IMG/VR virus record: IMGVR_UViG_3300046694_000136
Location: 62,001 to 126,000 of that record
Reading direction: 5' to 3' (one strand)
Length of the DNA: 64,000 nucleotides
Numbering within the stretch: the first letter of the stretch is position 1; each line of letters starts with the position of its first letter. The notes below the pieces were generated by a model. The model worked only from the letters and a program-made list of their open reading frames with translations. It ran no database searches and was not told the origin of the DNA. The position numbers were made by a program, and so were the translations under genes. Below are positions 53,418 to 63,778 of the stretch, in pieces.

Positions 53418-56348
53418 TCAAACGATCGAACGCATCCGGATGTCGTGTGGTTGGAAGATGGTATCAACCGACTCCTTAACCCCCAGCAGTCCATCACTGG
53501 TCAACTCCAGACGTTTACGGATACTGAAGCCTGTGAGGTTATCCAGGTTACTGATAACGTCCACAGTACTGTCACCCGCCATAGCGCTCAACTTAACCGC
53601 CACCACTTCCTCACTGATGTTTACCGAGCTGACTTGAGCTTGGAGCGCTTCAGTGGAGATAGTAGTCTTGTTGTACAGCCCCAAGTTCAACTGCTTAGGA
53701 TCACTGGCGGCCAATGTAGCTTTAAGTGCAGCGTTACGCATCCCCGACTCAGTCAAGTAGTAAGTGACCACAAAGGACAGATCCTGACGGAGTACCCCTT
53801 CATAGTTACTGTTGATCACCACTTGCTGATAACCCAGCTTACTTCTCGGCTGGAAGAACAGGTTGGTCTGGTTGATCGTCTCAGACGACAGACGCTCCAT
53901 GTCACCGATGATGGTGTTAGTGAAGTAACGTTTGGTATCCGCTGCAAACTGGATATCGTATTCGTCCTTACTGAAGAAGTAGTTCCCATCGAAGGCTACG
54001 AAGTCCCAATGGTATTTCTTCTTCCGAGGCTCCAGCTCTACCGGCAAGCCGTTCTCGTACACCACGTCAATACCCGCCCGGTACTTCAGTGTAGGGGTAA
54101 TGCCATCAGCCCCATACATGATATCGCCTTTGCGGTACTCAACGATTGGATCACCCGCGTCATCGAACTGCAACTGACCATTAACCCGAACGTACTTGGT
54201 TTCCTCGTAAGTAGCAGGAACATCCACCGAGTAACGCTTGTACTGAGCTTCACCGACCAATGGACGGATGCGGCTGTACATGTTCTTCAGGTGTTTGCCG
54301 AAGGTTACGTTGTACGTGGTCTCGAGGATACCCACCATCTCTTCAGGGAAGATGGAACCATCGATCTTCGGATCCAGCAGCGAGCGAGTGAGGTCTTGGT
54401 CACCCTCAACGCAGAAGATGAATGTCATGTCTGTTGCCAGAGCACTACGCACCTTGTCCTGCTGAGAACCGAACTGGTTAAAGTTGTTGAAGTACAACAG
54501 ATCATTCAAATCCACATCGAAACGACTGTCGAGGTAGAACTCCCAGTTACGCTCCCCGCTGCTGTTAACCGAAATCAACTTACCTGCCAAGTTAGCGGTC
54601 TGACTGGTTTCAGGAGGAGAGATAGATAACTGGATGCCCAACTGCTCGTTGATCAACTGCTTGTATGCATTGTCCGACTTGGTAGTCAGGTAAATGGTGT
54701 AGCCGTCTTCTCGGTGAGCAATAGACAAGCTACCAACACCAACGCCCAGACCCAATGCAGGGTTATCCCGTACGTAGGTTTGGTAGTTGATCAGTGGAGT
54801 GTCCAAGTTGTAGGTACGCAGAGACACCTGATCGTCCGTAACGTCCAAGACGTAATAGAACGGGGTGTAGACCAGCGTCTTGTTAGCCAGCAGGTCAACC
54901 TTACGCTCGGAGGAGAGGTTCAGGTAACCTTCCTTGGTGTAGTTATTAACCAGCACCGAAGTCGGCTGAGAGATGTCGAACAGGACGTTGTGAGGGACAG
55001 TAACACGATCCCCGTTGTCCTTAGCCACACCACTACCCAACAGGTCTTCAATCGACGCCAAGTAACTACCAACGTAGCAACTCATTGGAGCCAAGAAGTC
55101 TTTGTTCGACTGATACGGTAACTCACCGCTCAATGCAAACTGACGACCGGTCACGTAGTCGATTACCAGTACCGAACTGTAGCCGTTGTTCAGGGCCACA
55201 CCTTCCACGTTCTTCTCGGTGATAGGCAGTGTACGGATCTGCCGACCGTCGATAACCCGCTGCTTCATTTCAACGAACGACGTTGGACTACGACCACCCT
55301 TGACGTTATCCACCGCTTGCCATACCACGTTACTGGCATTACGGAAAGGAGCAGAGTACTCGTTCAGATTACCGAGACCATAACGATAATCCTGATAGTT
55401 CGGAACGATGCTCGATGGAGACACGTCCTTCAGGTCTTTAACCAGAGCGCCCTTGGTGGTGTAGGTGTAGATACGAACCGTACCAACACCCAGACCGTTG
55501 GAGATGTAAACGTCAGGGATCTCAAAGCTCACCCGCTTGTTAACAGTGTCCAGCTCACAAGCCAGAGTAACCGTCAACGGATCAAAGACCGCTTGGTCAA
55601 ACGCCACCACGATCTCTGTCATCCCGGTACTGTTTACCAAGAAGGCACGGATACCGTACAAGTGGTCGGTGTAGTTGTAAGTACCCGAGCAACCCGACGC
55701 GCTGTTGGCAGTGATGTTCTCAATGCCTTTGCAGCTCATCTGAAGTACAGGAACGTACATCATCAAATACTGCACGTCGTTTTGGAGTTTGAACATCGGC
55801 TCGATAAGGTTGCTACTGATCGGACTCAGCGGGTTGTTGGTATCCGAATCGAAGATGATGTTCCAACCACTTCGCTCGTTGTACAGGATACGGATCCCGT
55901 TCATGATGGAGAAGTCATACCCGTTGATAGGGATGATCGTGTCCTTCGGAACCAGCAGCTCTTTATACGTAACCGACAGTTGACCCTGCTGCTCAGTACG
56001 GTCACGGGCCAGACCCATAAACGTTTCCACCGACAGAGCCAGCATGAGGGTGCTGGTAGCGGCGTCAGCGAACAGGCCGTAGGTTTCCTGGCTACTCATG
56101 TTGCGACTGAGCTGAGAGATGTTGCGGGCGTGCTTAGCGTGCAGTTCACTGGTCGCATCAGCGATACGGTTAAAGAACCCGCTCGCTGTACCGAGGATCA
56201 GGGTGTACGCCAGAACTGCCGGGTGAGCTTTACTGTTGATTTGCTTGAGACCATTGAAGTAGCCGTCTTCAATCCCGTTAACCACTAGGTTAATACCCCG
56301 CATGGGGTTAGCGGCCAGCAGTTCGAGTTCTTCTTGACTCAGATTCAT
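53418..56348 (-). CDS. Large baseplate wedge-like structural protein (phiKZ gp87-like)
   Basis: 976 aa beta-rich; IYTYTTKG, GG...E...R..IT pattern typical of wedge/J-like proteins; synteny. Confidence 0.62.
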   Translation of the reverse strand: MNLSQEELELLAANPMRGINLVVNGIEDGYFNGLKQINSKAHPAVLAYTLILGTASGFFNRIADATSELHAKHARNISQLSRNMSSQETYGLFADAATSTLMLALSVETFMGLARDRTEQQGQLSVTYKELLVPKDTIIPINGYDFSIMNGIRILYNERSGWNIIFDSDTNNPLSPISSNLIEPMFKLQNDVQYLMMYVPVLQMSCKGIENITANSASGCSGTYNYTDHLYGIRAFLVNSTGMTEIVVAFDQAVFDPLTVTLACELDTVNKRVSFEIPDVYISNGLGVGTVRIYTYTTKGALVKDLKDVSPSSIVPNYQDYRYGLGNLNEYSAPFRNASNVVWQAVDNVKGGRSPTSFVEMKQRVIDGRQIRTLPITEKNVEGVALNNGYSSVLVIDYVTGRQFALSGELPYQSNKDFLAPMSCYVGSYLASIEDLLGSGVAKDNGDRVTVPHNVLFDISQPTSVLVNNYTKEGYLNLSSERKVDLLANKTLVYTPFYYVLDVTDDQVSLRTYNLDTPLINYQTYVRDNPALGLGVGVGSLSIAHREDGYTIYLTTKSDNAYKQLINEQLGIQLSISPPETSQTANLAGKLISVNSSGERNWEFYLDSRFDVDLNDLLYFNNFNQFGSQQDKVRSALATDMTFIFCVEGDQDLTRSLLDPKIDGSIFPEEMVGILETTYNVTFGKHLKNMYSRIRPLVGEAQYKRYSVDVPATYEETKYVRVNGQLQFDDAGDPIVEYRKGDIMYGADGITPTLKYRAGIDVVYENGLPVELEPRKKKYHWDFVAFDGNYFFSKDEYDIQFAADTKRYFTNTIIGDMERLSSETINQTNLFFQPRSKLGYQQVVINSNYEGVLRQDLSFVVTYYLTESGMRNAALKATLAASDPKQLNLGLYNKTTISTEALQAQVSSVNISEEVVAVKLSAMAGDSTVDVISNLDNLTGFSIRKRLELTSDGLLGVKESVDTIFQPHDIRMRSIV

Positions 56349-57418
56349 AGAGCACCCCAGTATTCCATTTCCATGTTCTGTAAGTTAATCCAAGGGTACA
56401 TGCCGTATTGGCCAGCCATGTATTCCCGGAACGAATATTTCTTGTAGTACCGACCTCTAACCGACGGGTGCATGTTGGGGTTACGGTACAAGGTGTTGTC
56501 GTTAAAGGCTTTAGCAATCGAGATGTTGTTAAAGCGGAAACCCTGACAAGTATAAGTCACTTCGAACTCATCTTGCCCCTGGCCACGCAGAGTGTTCTGT
56601 GTCCGGTCAATGGTACTGTAAGCACCAGACGGGAACGTGGTAGGCCAGCCCCCGCCACAGCAGAAGATCCACTCGATGTTGCGCATGTTCTTGTTCATAA
56701 TCAAGTGGTAAATACGTGTGGTGTAATCTTTGTAGTTACCGGCCAACGGTTTCCAGTACGGTTCCATGCCTTCGTCACCGAGGGTCACTGCTTCAATGTA
56801 GTGAACCCAAGTGTTGAACAGAGCAGGGATAATGCCCGGCTTGACGTTGTGGAAACTCTGGTGAATCTCGAAGTCGTAGTTGACTTTCAGGATTCCGTCG
56901 ACATACGCATAAACCTCTCCCCTGAACCCAGCAGTACTTTTACCAGTACCCAAACTCAAGTCAGGGAACCCCGAACTTACTTTCAAATAGTTCGTTAAAA
57001 CTGGGATCCAAGGGCACAGCGGATCGTAGACTTGGTTAAGTCCACTGTTAGCAGCACCCCACTTAGGGTCGAGTATTCCTTTGATATAAGCAGCAGGACT
57101 ATTCGGTCTAGGACTGACCAAGTTGGCCAGTTGACTGTGTAGCTGAACATTCGAGTCCGACAGGTTTAAAGACGGTCGAGTGCAGAACATTAATCCTATG
57201 GTGTCGTCGGGGATAGCAGCCATTGCATGGCCAGGTCCTAAGACTCTAATGCCCCGCAAACTGTTTATTAGAGCGGAGTCGAACCCAGGTCCACCGTTTT
57301 CGGAATAGACTGTATTGAGCCACTCGCGGTAGTTACTGTTGTTCAGTTGCTCCCCAGGAGAATTTACCCCGGGTGTCTTGTTGAAGAAATCCTGGGAGTC
57401 ATTCGTTTCATCAGCCAT
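56345..57418 (-). CDS. Tail-tube-related baseplate protein (phiKZ gp88-like)
   Basis: F.TRP.LNLS, GFPD, DYTTRIY, WPT..P..; synteny. Confidence 0.6.
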   Translation of the reverse strand: MADETNDSQDFFNKTPGVNSPGEQLNNSNYREWLNTVYSENGGPGFDSALINSLRGIRVLGPGHAMAAIPDDTIGLMFCTRPSLNLSDSNVQLHSQLANLVSPRPNSPAAYIKGILDPKWGAANSGLNQVYDPLCPWIPVLTNYLKVSSGFPDLSLGTGKSTAGFRGEVYAYVDGILKVNYDFEIHQSFHNVKPGIIPALFNTWVHYIEAVTLGDEGMEPYWKPLAGNYKDYTTRIYHLIMNKNMRNIEWIFCCGGGWPTTFPSGAYSTIDRTQNTLRGQGQDEFEVTYTCQGFRFNNISIAKAFNDNTLYRNPNMHPSVRGRYYKKYSFREYMAGQYGMYPWINLQNMEMEYWGAL

Positions 57419-57449
57419 TTCAATACCCAATGATTAAAGGTGAAAATAC

Positions 57450-58568
57450 ATGAACACGCAAAACCACATGGTTGGAGATATCCTGAACGTCGGTTCTTTC
57501 TTTCTGGATATCATGAAAAAGCTGTATCCGGATAATAAGGACATCGCTGGAGCCACCAACGTTGCTGACGTGATGCGACAGACATACGATGTGGTCTCGA
57601 CTACCTCGATTGGCCAGAACGCCCGGCGTACTCTGCTCTCCCCAATGGTCGTGATCCAAGGCGACCTGCTGCATCAGGATTACATGCCGGATCTGATCAC
57701 AGTGATCAACATCCGTGACATCGTTGCTACCCTGTCGCACTTCGCTATCCGTAACGCTGAACAGATCGGTGTGAACATCTCCACCTACCTGGGCCGTGTT
57801 AACCCAAACCGTGCGGGTCTCCAGTCGCTGATCGCCGGCATCGAGTCCTTTGCTGCGGGTAACATTGACCCGAACCGTCCAAAGCCGGGTGAAGGTTCTT
57901 TCACTGTTAACGGCAAGACCATCCAGGAACTGCAAGAATACGTTCCACTGTCGATCGGTCGTGTTGTGAACGCTACTGTCTTCGGTAAAGACGGTACGTC
58001 GGTTGACCTGCCACTAACCTTCCGCCAGATCATTGTTCCGGCTTCGACTGAGTCTCTGGAAAACACTTTCGGTGTTGCCAAGATCGAAGACGGGTTCAAG
58101 ATGCGCTGGATCATGAAGAACAACGGCGAGATCACCAACCCGGAATGGTTCGACGGTGAAGACATCATCCGTGAACGTTTCAAAGCGCTACGTAACGATG
58201 ACACCAAGTACTACACCGAGTCTCAGGCTCGTGACGTACGTAACAAAGTTGAAGCCGTGCGTACTGGCGTTATCAGTCTGAACACCATGGCAAACACTTT
58301 CATCATCACTGAAGATGAAAAGCAACAAATCGAGATGCAGATTGGCAAGAACTTCTCTAACCCGAAGTCGCGTCAAGACATCTTCAAGGTTGTTAAAGCC
58401 AACACCATCGTCGTAGTTGATGAAGGCCGCGGCTCGTTCACCTTTTACACCAACGGTCAGATGATGCCTGAAATCTACACGCGTCGTGACTTGGCAATCA
58501 AATCCAAGAAAGAGCCGGCTGTTAGCAGCCTGGAAGGTCTGGTCAAACTGCTCAACGGGGGCATCTGA
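57450..58568 (+). CDS. Head/inner-body protein (phiKZ gp89-like)
   Basis: NPNR...IAGIE site, LSIGRV.N; divergent from gp88-like as in phiKZ. Confidence 0.62.
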   Translation: MNTQNHMVGDILNVGSFFLDIMKKLYPDNKDIAGATNVADVMRQTYDVVSTTSIGQNARRTLLSPMVVIQGDLLHQDYMPDLITVINIRDIVATLSHFAIRNAEQIGVNISTYLGRVNPNRAGLQSLIAGIESFAAGNIDPNRPKPGEGSFTVNGKTIQELQEYVPLSIGRVVNATVFGKDGTSVDLPLTFRQIIVPASTESLENTFGVAKIEDGFKMRWIMKNNGEITNPEWFDGEDIIRERFKALRNDDTKYYTESQARDVRNKVEAVRTGVISLNTMANTFIITEDEKQQIEMQIGKNFSNPKSRQDIFKVVKANTIVVVDEGRGSFTFYTNGQMMPEIYTRRDLAIKSKKEPAVSSLEGLVKLLNGGI

Positions 58569-59458
58569 TGAAAATCACGGATTACGTCAGCAACGTACAA
58601 ACGTTCAAGAAAAGCGAACTGAGCCAACTGGTTACGGTTCTTCAGGTTACCGCTTCTGATCTCCTGGGTAACCTGGAGCGGATGCGCGCTAACAAGATCA
58701 ACCTCGATACTCAGATCGGTCAATGGGCGATCACCAAGAGCATCGTGACCGGTCTGAACAACAACGGCTACCGCGGTATCAGTTTCGACAAGGCTGTTGA
58801 AGCGGCTCTGAATACTGTTGTCGATCTGTCTGCTGCGCTGGACAAGTTGATCAGCAAAGACAAGGACAACGTCTGGGACGGTAAGTTGATCAACCTGCGT
58901 CAGGCCAACATCCTGATGTCGATCGAGCAAATCGATCAGTGGCTGAAATACACCACCTTGGTCTACAACGTTCTGATCAGCCTGAACAACAAGGCCAACC
59001 AGCACGTCGACAGCACTGCCAGTAAGCTCGACCTGCGTTTCCTGACCCAGACTCTCGAGTACTACAAAGGAACCCTCCTGTGGCTCCTGAAGGGCTCCAA
59101 GGCTATCACCGCCGATTTGAACAACATCGCTGAAGTAGAAATCAGTGAAGCGTCGATGGGCGTAATGGAAGGCAGCGGTATGAAAACCCTGCTAGCCAGT
59201 CAATCGCTCGGTATCCACAACTTCAACCCGAAATACTGGTGGAAGTTGAATCGCATGAAGAACCACGTTGAGGAGATCGAACAGATCCGCCTGAACAACG
59301 AGCACTTCGCGATGAAGATCAGCCAAGCGGTCAACCTGAAGAACGGCACCAACGATGCTGCTCTGGAAGATCGGATCGAAGACTACCAGGACCGTATCCT
59401 GAAAGGGACTGCGCGCATCGCTGAGATCGACAACATGTACCGGAGCGCCAATGGCTAA
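58568..59458 (+). CDS. Head/inner-body protein (phiKZ gp90-like)
   Basis: 296 aa helical, FNP.YW motif then coiled coil; synteny. Confidence 0.58.
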   Translation: MKITDYVSNVQTFKKSELSQLVTVLQVTASDLLGNLERMRANKINLDTQIGQWAITKSIVTGLNNNGYRGISFDKAVEAALNTVVDLSAALDKLISKDKDNVWDGKLINLRQANILMSIEQIDQWLKYTTLVYNVLISLNNKANQHVDSTASKLDLRFLTQTLEYYKGTLLWLLKGSKAITADLNNIAEVEISEASMGVMEGSGMKTLLASQSLGIHNFNPKYWWKLNRMKNHVEEIEQIRLNNEHFAMKISQAVNLKNGTNDAALEDRIEDYQDRILKGTARIAEIDNMYRSANG

Positions 59459-59966
59459 TTATCGTTCATTCGGCAATGGCTTCGTTAACGACGCACTCTC
59501 CGATACTGAACTGGATAACATCTTCAAGAACTTCGCTCTGATGCGTCAGGACGGTATCTTGGATTTCAATCTGGTCATCAACGGTGATCTGTCGATCGAA
59601 ACCATGCGTGAAGCAAAGCGACTGATGGGTGGTAGTTTCAGACAATTTATGGAAGCCAACTACAACGGCGGCTCGGGTCCTTTGGCAACGTTGGTTAAAG
59701 ACGTTGTCCATTTCATCAACGGCAAGATGTCTCCTACACCGTTGATTACCGTGATCAACTTCGAAGAGAACAAAGCCAAGGCGGTGGTTAAGACCCGTTT
59801 GGCTGCGTACAGTCCTTCGAAGCGTACGTCGGGTAACCTGGCCCTGCTGGAAGACGGCTATGTGGTTCACGACTCGGACTTCTTCCACCTGATGGCGGGT
59901 ATTGGTCCGGCTCACGTTATTCGATTCCTTCAACTTATCGGCGGTGGTAGCTACTATGGACAATGA
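59451..59966 (+). CDS. Virion protein (phiKZ gp91-like)
   Basis: 171 aa, coupled in the structural operon. Confidence 0.55.
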   Translation: MANYRSFGNGFVNDALSDTELDNIFKNFALMRQDGILDFNLVINGDLSIETMREAKRLMGGSFRQFMEANYNGGSGPLATLVKDVVHFINGKMSPTPLITVINFEENKAKAVVKTRLAAYSPSKRTSGNLALLEDGYVVHDSDFFHLMAGIGPAHVIRFLQLIGGGSYYGQ

Positions 59967-61260
59967 TCAAGATACACTGTCGGCTCAGATGGCGGCAGTT
60001 AACACAGCAAAGTCCGTCGAGTTGTTCGGCGCGCTCCGTAACACCATTACACTGAACGAAGTCCAGACCACCCTCGACAATTCCGCAGATCGTGTTCTGG
60101 AAGCCCAAAAGCTCCTGGAAGCAGTAGAGCCCTTCGAAGTCAGTCCTGCGCTGGTAGAACTGGTCGATGAGCGTCTTGCTCGTGCCGGTGTTGATATCCC
60201 TCTGGAAACCGGCTTTGCCGAAGTACAGGGTGCTGAGGCACTGGGCCACACTCTGCTGCCAAAGAACTTCCTGTTCACTCGTCTGACTGGCTGCGAGAAC
60301 TTCCTGACTCAGTTCTTCAAGGACTCCCGGGAAGTGGCGATCCAGATCGGTGCTTCGTTCCGCGACACTTGGGTTATCTTCACTCAGTCCGAAGAAGACC
60401 TGAACAAGGCGCTGGATCTGCTGGAAACTCAGATCAACAGTCAGCCTGACTTCATCAGCACCAACTCCTTCATTCTGGAGTTCCGTCTGTTCAACCTGTT
60501 CAAGGTGAATGGCAAGGTGAATGGCGACTGGACGGGTAACCTGAGCAAGCTGAGTTCCACCATCTCGGCGTTGAGCTCTGGTTACTACCTGAACAACAAG
60601 CAAACCCTGAATGCTCTGATGAGTTACTTCGGTGGGTTCACTTCGTTGACTCAGGAAGGCGCAATGGAGCGTTTGCAGATCCTGCCGATCAGCATCCCGG
60701 ACATCCCGTTCAAAGAGTGCAGCTACCCGAACCGTGCTCACGAAAGCCTGCTGGTTACCAGTAAACAGTCGGTAGAGCTGATGGGCGGTGCGTACTTCTT
60801 CGACACTCGTCTGAAGAACCGTCCGAAGCGTTGCGAGACCATCGACTTGATCAGTGAGTTCATCGACCTCCACATCAAGAACGACCGTACTGGTTTCGAG
60901 AACAACGCCCCTCAGACCCACGACCAGGTCGGTACTGAAATCAAAGCGTTGTCCAGCCGTGAAATCAAAGCGATCGTCAAGTCGCTGCGTGCTCTGTTGA
61001 AGGACTGGTCGTCTATGTTCGAGAAGAGCGAGAAGTTCAAGGTCGGTGATGCTGACTTCAACGACATCATCAAAGGCATCGTTGATGCTGAGATCGATGA
61101 GACCACTCGGATGTACATCGCCAAGTGGTTCGGTGCGTTGATCCGTCATAACCAGATGGAGCTGTTGACCATCCGTGTTGGTGTGGCTAACTATCTGACT
61201 CTGATCGTTAACGGTCTGATCCAGATCTGCAACAATTCCATCAAGGTTAACGCCGAGTAA
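59956..61260 (+). CDS. Internal head protein, processed
   Basis: ATG 59956; VQGAE and LTGCE sites; ELMGG motif. Confidence 0.65.
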   Translation: MDNDQDTLSAQMAAVNTAKSVELFGALRNTITLNEVQTTLDNSADRVLEAQKLLEAVEPFEVSPALVELVDERLARAGVDIPLETGFAEVQGAEALGHTLLPKNFLFTRLTGCENFLTQFFKDSREVAIQIGASFRDTWVIFTQSEEDLNKALDLLETQINSQPDFISTNSFILEFRLFNLFKVNGKVNGDWTGNLSKLSSTISALSSGYYLNNKQTLNALMSYFGGFTSLTQEGAMERLQILPISIPDIPFKECSYPNRAHESLLVTSKQSVELMGGAYFFDTRLKNRPKRCETIDLISEFIDLHIKNDRTGFENNAPQTHDQVGTEIKALSSREIKAIVKSLRALLKDWSSMFEKSEKFKVGDADFNDIIKGIVDAEIDETTRMYIAKWFGALIRHNQMELLTIRVGVANYLTLIVNGLIQICNNSIKVNAE

Positions 61261-61272
61261 AGGGGAACAGTC

Positions 61273-62280
61273 ATGAGTTCAGGTAACAAGACTCAATTGG
61301 CTGTTTGCCTTGAACAGCATCTGGAACTGTCGCGGTCTAACGATGAGCTGGGCCGTATCGGTCGTAGTCTCATTGCGGTGGCCGGGACTGAAGACTTCCA
61401 GAACGTTAAGGACAATGCAGTCAGCGCGTTGAACGCTGTAGGACGCGGGCTGTTCGCTGCGGGTAAATGGGTAGGCGGTGGTACTCTCGACATCGCCTTG
61501 AAAGGGTTCACTGTTGCAGGTAACCAACTGAGTAAGTCTTTCTCGGAAAACGGTACGCTCATTAAGAACGTGCTGAAGGACGTTGCTAAGACGTCGGATA
61601 AAGACCTCAAGGTTCCTGCGGCTAAAGCGTCCCTGATCACAGTCTCGGGCGATGCCAGTCATATCCTTCAAGACATGGAGGTGTTGGCCAAGGCACTCGA
61701 GCTGTGGGTTGCGCACAACAAAGACGTAATGAACTTTCTGGATAAGGAACTCATTACTCTGAAGAAGCTGAAGTCTGCCAACAAGGCTGAACAGATCCAT
61801 GCGATCATCGATGAGTTCGAAGGGTTGAAGTACCCTGAGTTCAAGTTGGGGAACAACATGGGTAAAGCTGTTAAGTCGGACGTGCTTCCGGGTGGCCGTG
61901 TCTTTATCTTCTCTGATGAGGGCACCCCGAAGTACTCTATGGGTGGCGATGCTCCTTCTGGTGAGGCCAAAACCTTGATGATGTCGAAGAGTGAAATCTC
62001 CGATGTCATGAACAAATTGGATAAGGTTAACGAACTCCATTTGAAGGTTAAGGAATCCTATGACGGTTACACGGCTTTCATCAAGTCGTGGGCTGATATG
62101 GTCAAGGGTGTCGATGGCAACCTGAGCCAGTTGGACAAGGTCAGCAAAACGATCCTTGGTGAATGCGAGAAACTCATGAGCGGCAATCAAGGCGCACTCG
62201 CATTTTATAGCGGATTCACTCCACGTGTTGTCGGCTATGTCGACAAGTACATTCATGGTGTGCTTGGGGTCTTCGCTTAA
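61273..62280 (+). CDS. Internal head protein, processed
   Basis: VAGTE site; SDVLPGG motif typical of phiKZ inner-head paralogs. Confidence 0.68.
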   Translation: MSSGNKTQLAVCLEQHLELSRSNDELGRIGRSLIAVAGTEDFQNVKDNAVSALNAVGRGLFAAGKWVGGGTLDIALKGFTVAGNQLSKSFSENGTLIKNVLKDVAKTSDKDLKVPAAKASLITVSGDASHILQDMEVLAKALELWVAHNKDVMNFLDKELITLKKLKSANKAEQIHAIIDEFEGLKYPEFKLGNNMGKAVKSDVLPGGRVFIFSDEGTPKYSMGGDAPSGEAKTLMMSKSEISDVMNKLDKVNELHLKVKESYDGYTAFIKSWADMVKGVDGNLSQLDKVSKTILGECEKLMSGNQGALAFYSGFTPRVVGYVDKYIHGVLGVFA

Positions 62281-62327
62281 TTGTTTATAAACAACCCTCT
62301 CTTTCGTTAACGAAAAGGATACACGAA

Positions 62328-63662
62328 ATGTCGAAATCCCATCTTGACTACCTGATGATGGTATCTGGTACTGAAAGCCTGAACGGTGGCGACACTGGCG
62401 GCGAGAACATCGATACCGGCGCTGGCAACCTGGGCGGCGGTAACACCGACACCAGCAACATCGAAGCCGTCATCGAAGAAGCACGCGCCGATACCGCCGA
62501 AGCTCAGGTTGTTGTTGAGCAAGCGGCACAAGCAGCTGAAGCTGCTGCTGAAGTCCTGGAACAACACGAAGAAGTTCTGCAAGAACTGACCGAAGAAGTG
62601 GCCGGCGTTGAATCGATGCGCACTGGCGCTACCACCTTCAACGGCATCGCGTTCGCCGATCGCTACAACCGCTGCGTTAAGCTGAACGCCCAACTGGGTG
62701 GCCGCAACTTCAACCTGTGCGGCGCTGAATCCCTGAACGACCTGGCCACTGCCAAGCTGTTCGCTGTTGCTGGTGTCGAAGGCTTCATGGACACCATCAA
62801 GGCCGGCGCAAGCAAGGCGATCGAGTTCATCAAGGGCATCTTCAACTCCATGATCAACTTCTTCGTTGGTCTGAAGTCCACCGCCGACGGCCTGGAGCGT
62901 CAAGCCAAAACCCTCGCGACCACCATCGCCGAGAAAGCGCCGAAGTCGACCATTAAACTGGGCGCCTGGAACATCGGTTGCGACTACGCCAACGCTGGCC
63001 TGAAAGGCATCGACGGCATCCTGCACGCCGGTGTGTTCGACCTGATCTCCAGCTCCCTGCCAGCCTTCATGGACCTGAGCAAGAAACTGGACGGCATCGA
63101 CGTAGGTCAGTTCCGCACTGCCTACAAGAAAGTGACCGACGACATCAAGGAACTGGCCAAGGCTGCTGGTAAGCCAAACGTCAGCCAGACTGCCGACAAG
63201 ACTTCGGTCCTGATGGTTCACGCTGGCTTCCGCGTCTTCGCTGCTTTCAGCGAGAAGTTCGAAACCGAAGCTGAAGCTGTTTCCGCTGCTCGTTCGATCA
63301 AACTGACCTTCGGCAAAACCGACGACGCCGGCAAGTTCACCAAGGGCGAAACCGAGCTCAAGGCAAGCAAGGGTCAGCTGCAAAGCACTCTGAAAGGCGT
63401 GCACGATTACGTGGCCGAGCTGCGCGACAGCAAAGTTGCTGCCAAGTTCTCGAAAGCTGAACGTGACCGCGTCATCGGCACCCTGAACGTCCAGATCAAA
63501 GGCGACCACAGCGAAAGCGACGGCAAGCGTGATCAGGCGAAGAAAGCAATCGAGCTGTGCAAAGCGATCTACGTGTCGGCCTCCGGCCTGACTTCGTCCG
63601 TCGACCGCCTGTACATCTACCTGGCCAACCAGATCCTGGGCGCTGTTAAAGCTCACTTCTGA
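62328..63662 (+). CDS. Abundant internal head/inner-body protein (phiKZ gp93-97 family-like)
   Basis: Long acidic propeptide with VSGTE, VAGVE, CGAE and VAGVE; strong codon bias. Confidence 0.72.
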   Translation: MSKSHLDYLMMVSGTESLNGGDTGGENIDTGAGNLGGGNTDTSNIEAVIEEARADTAEAQVVVEQAAQAAEAAAEVLEQHEEVLQELTEEVAGVESMRTGATTFNGIAFADRYNRCVKLNAQLGGRNFNLCGAESLNDLATAKLFAVAGVEGFMDTIKAGASKAIEFIKGIFNSMINFFVGLKSTADGLERQAKTLATTIAEKAPKSTIKLGAWNIGCDYANAGLKGIDGILHAGVFDLISSSLPAFMDLSKKLDGIDVGQFRTAYKKVTDDIKELAKAAGKPNVSQTADKTSVLMVHAGFRVFAAFSEKFETEAEAVSAARSIKLTFGKTDDAGKFTKGETELKASKGQLQSTLKGVHDYVAELRDSKVAAKFSKAERDRVIGTLNVQIKGDHSESDGKRDQAKKAIELCKAIYVSASGLTSSVDRLYIYLANQILGAVKAHF

Positions 63663-63682
63663 TTGCCATCGGTGCGTTGAAC

Positions 63683-63730
63683 CTAACCCGCCTGCCCTAA
63701 CCGGCAGGCGGGTTAGTCTTCTTTCTATTT
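63683..63730 (+). terminator. Intrinsic terminator
   Basis: CTAACCCGCCTGCC-CTAACC-GGCAGGCGGGTTAG followed by a T-rich tract. Confidence 0.85.
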
Positions 63731-63737
63731 GCATTTT

Positions 63738-63746
63738 GATGCTATG
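63738..63746 (+). promoter_or_regulatory. Candidate late promoter (GATGCTATG)
   Basis: TATG-containing motif between a terminator and a head gene. Confidence 0.55.
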
Positions 63747-63778
63747 TGCTAATTATCCACTCGATAGGTAACTCACAC

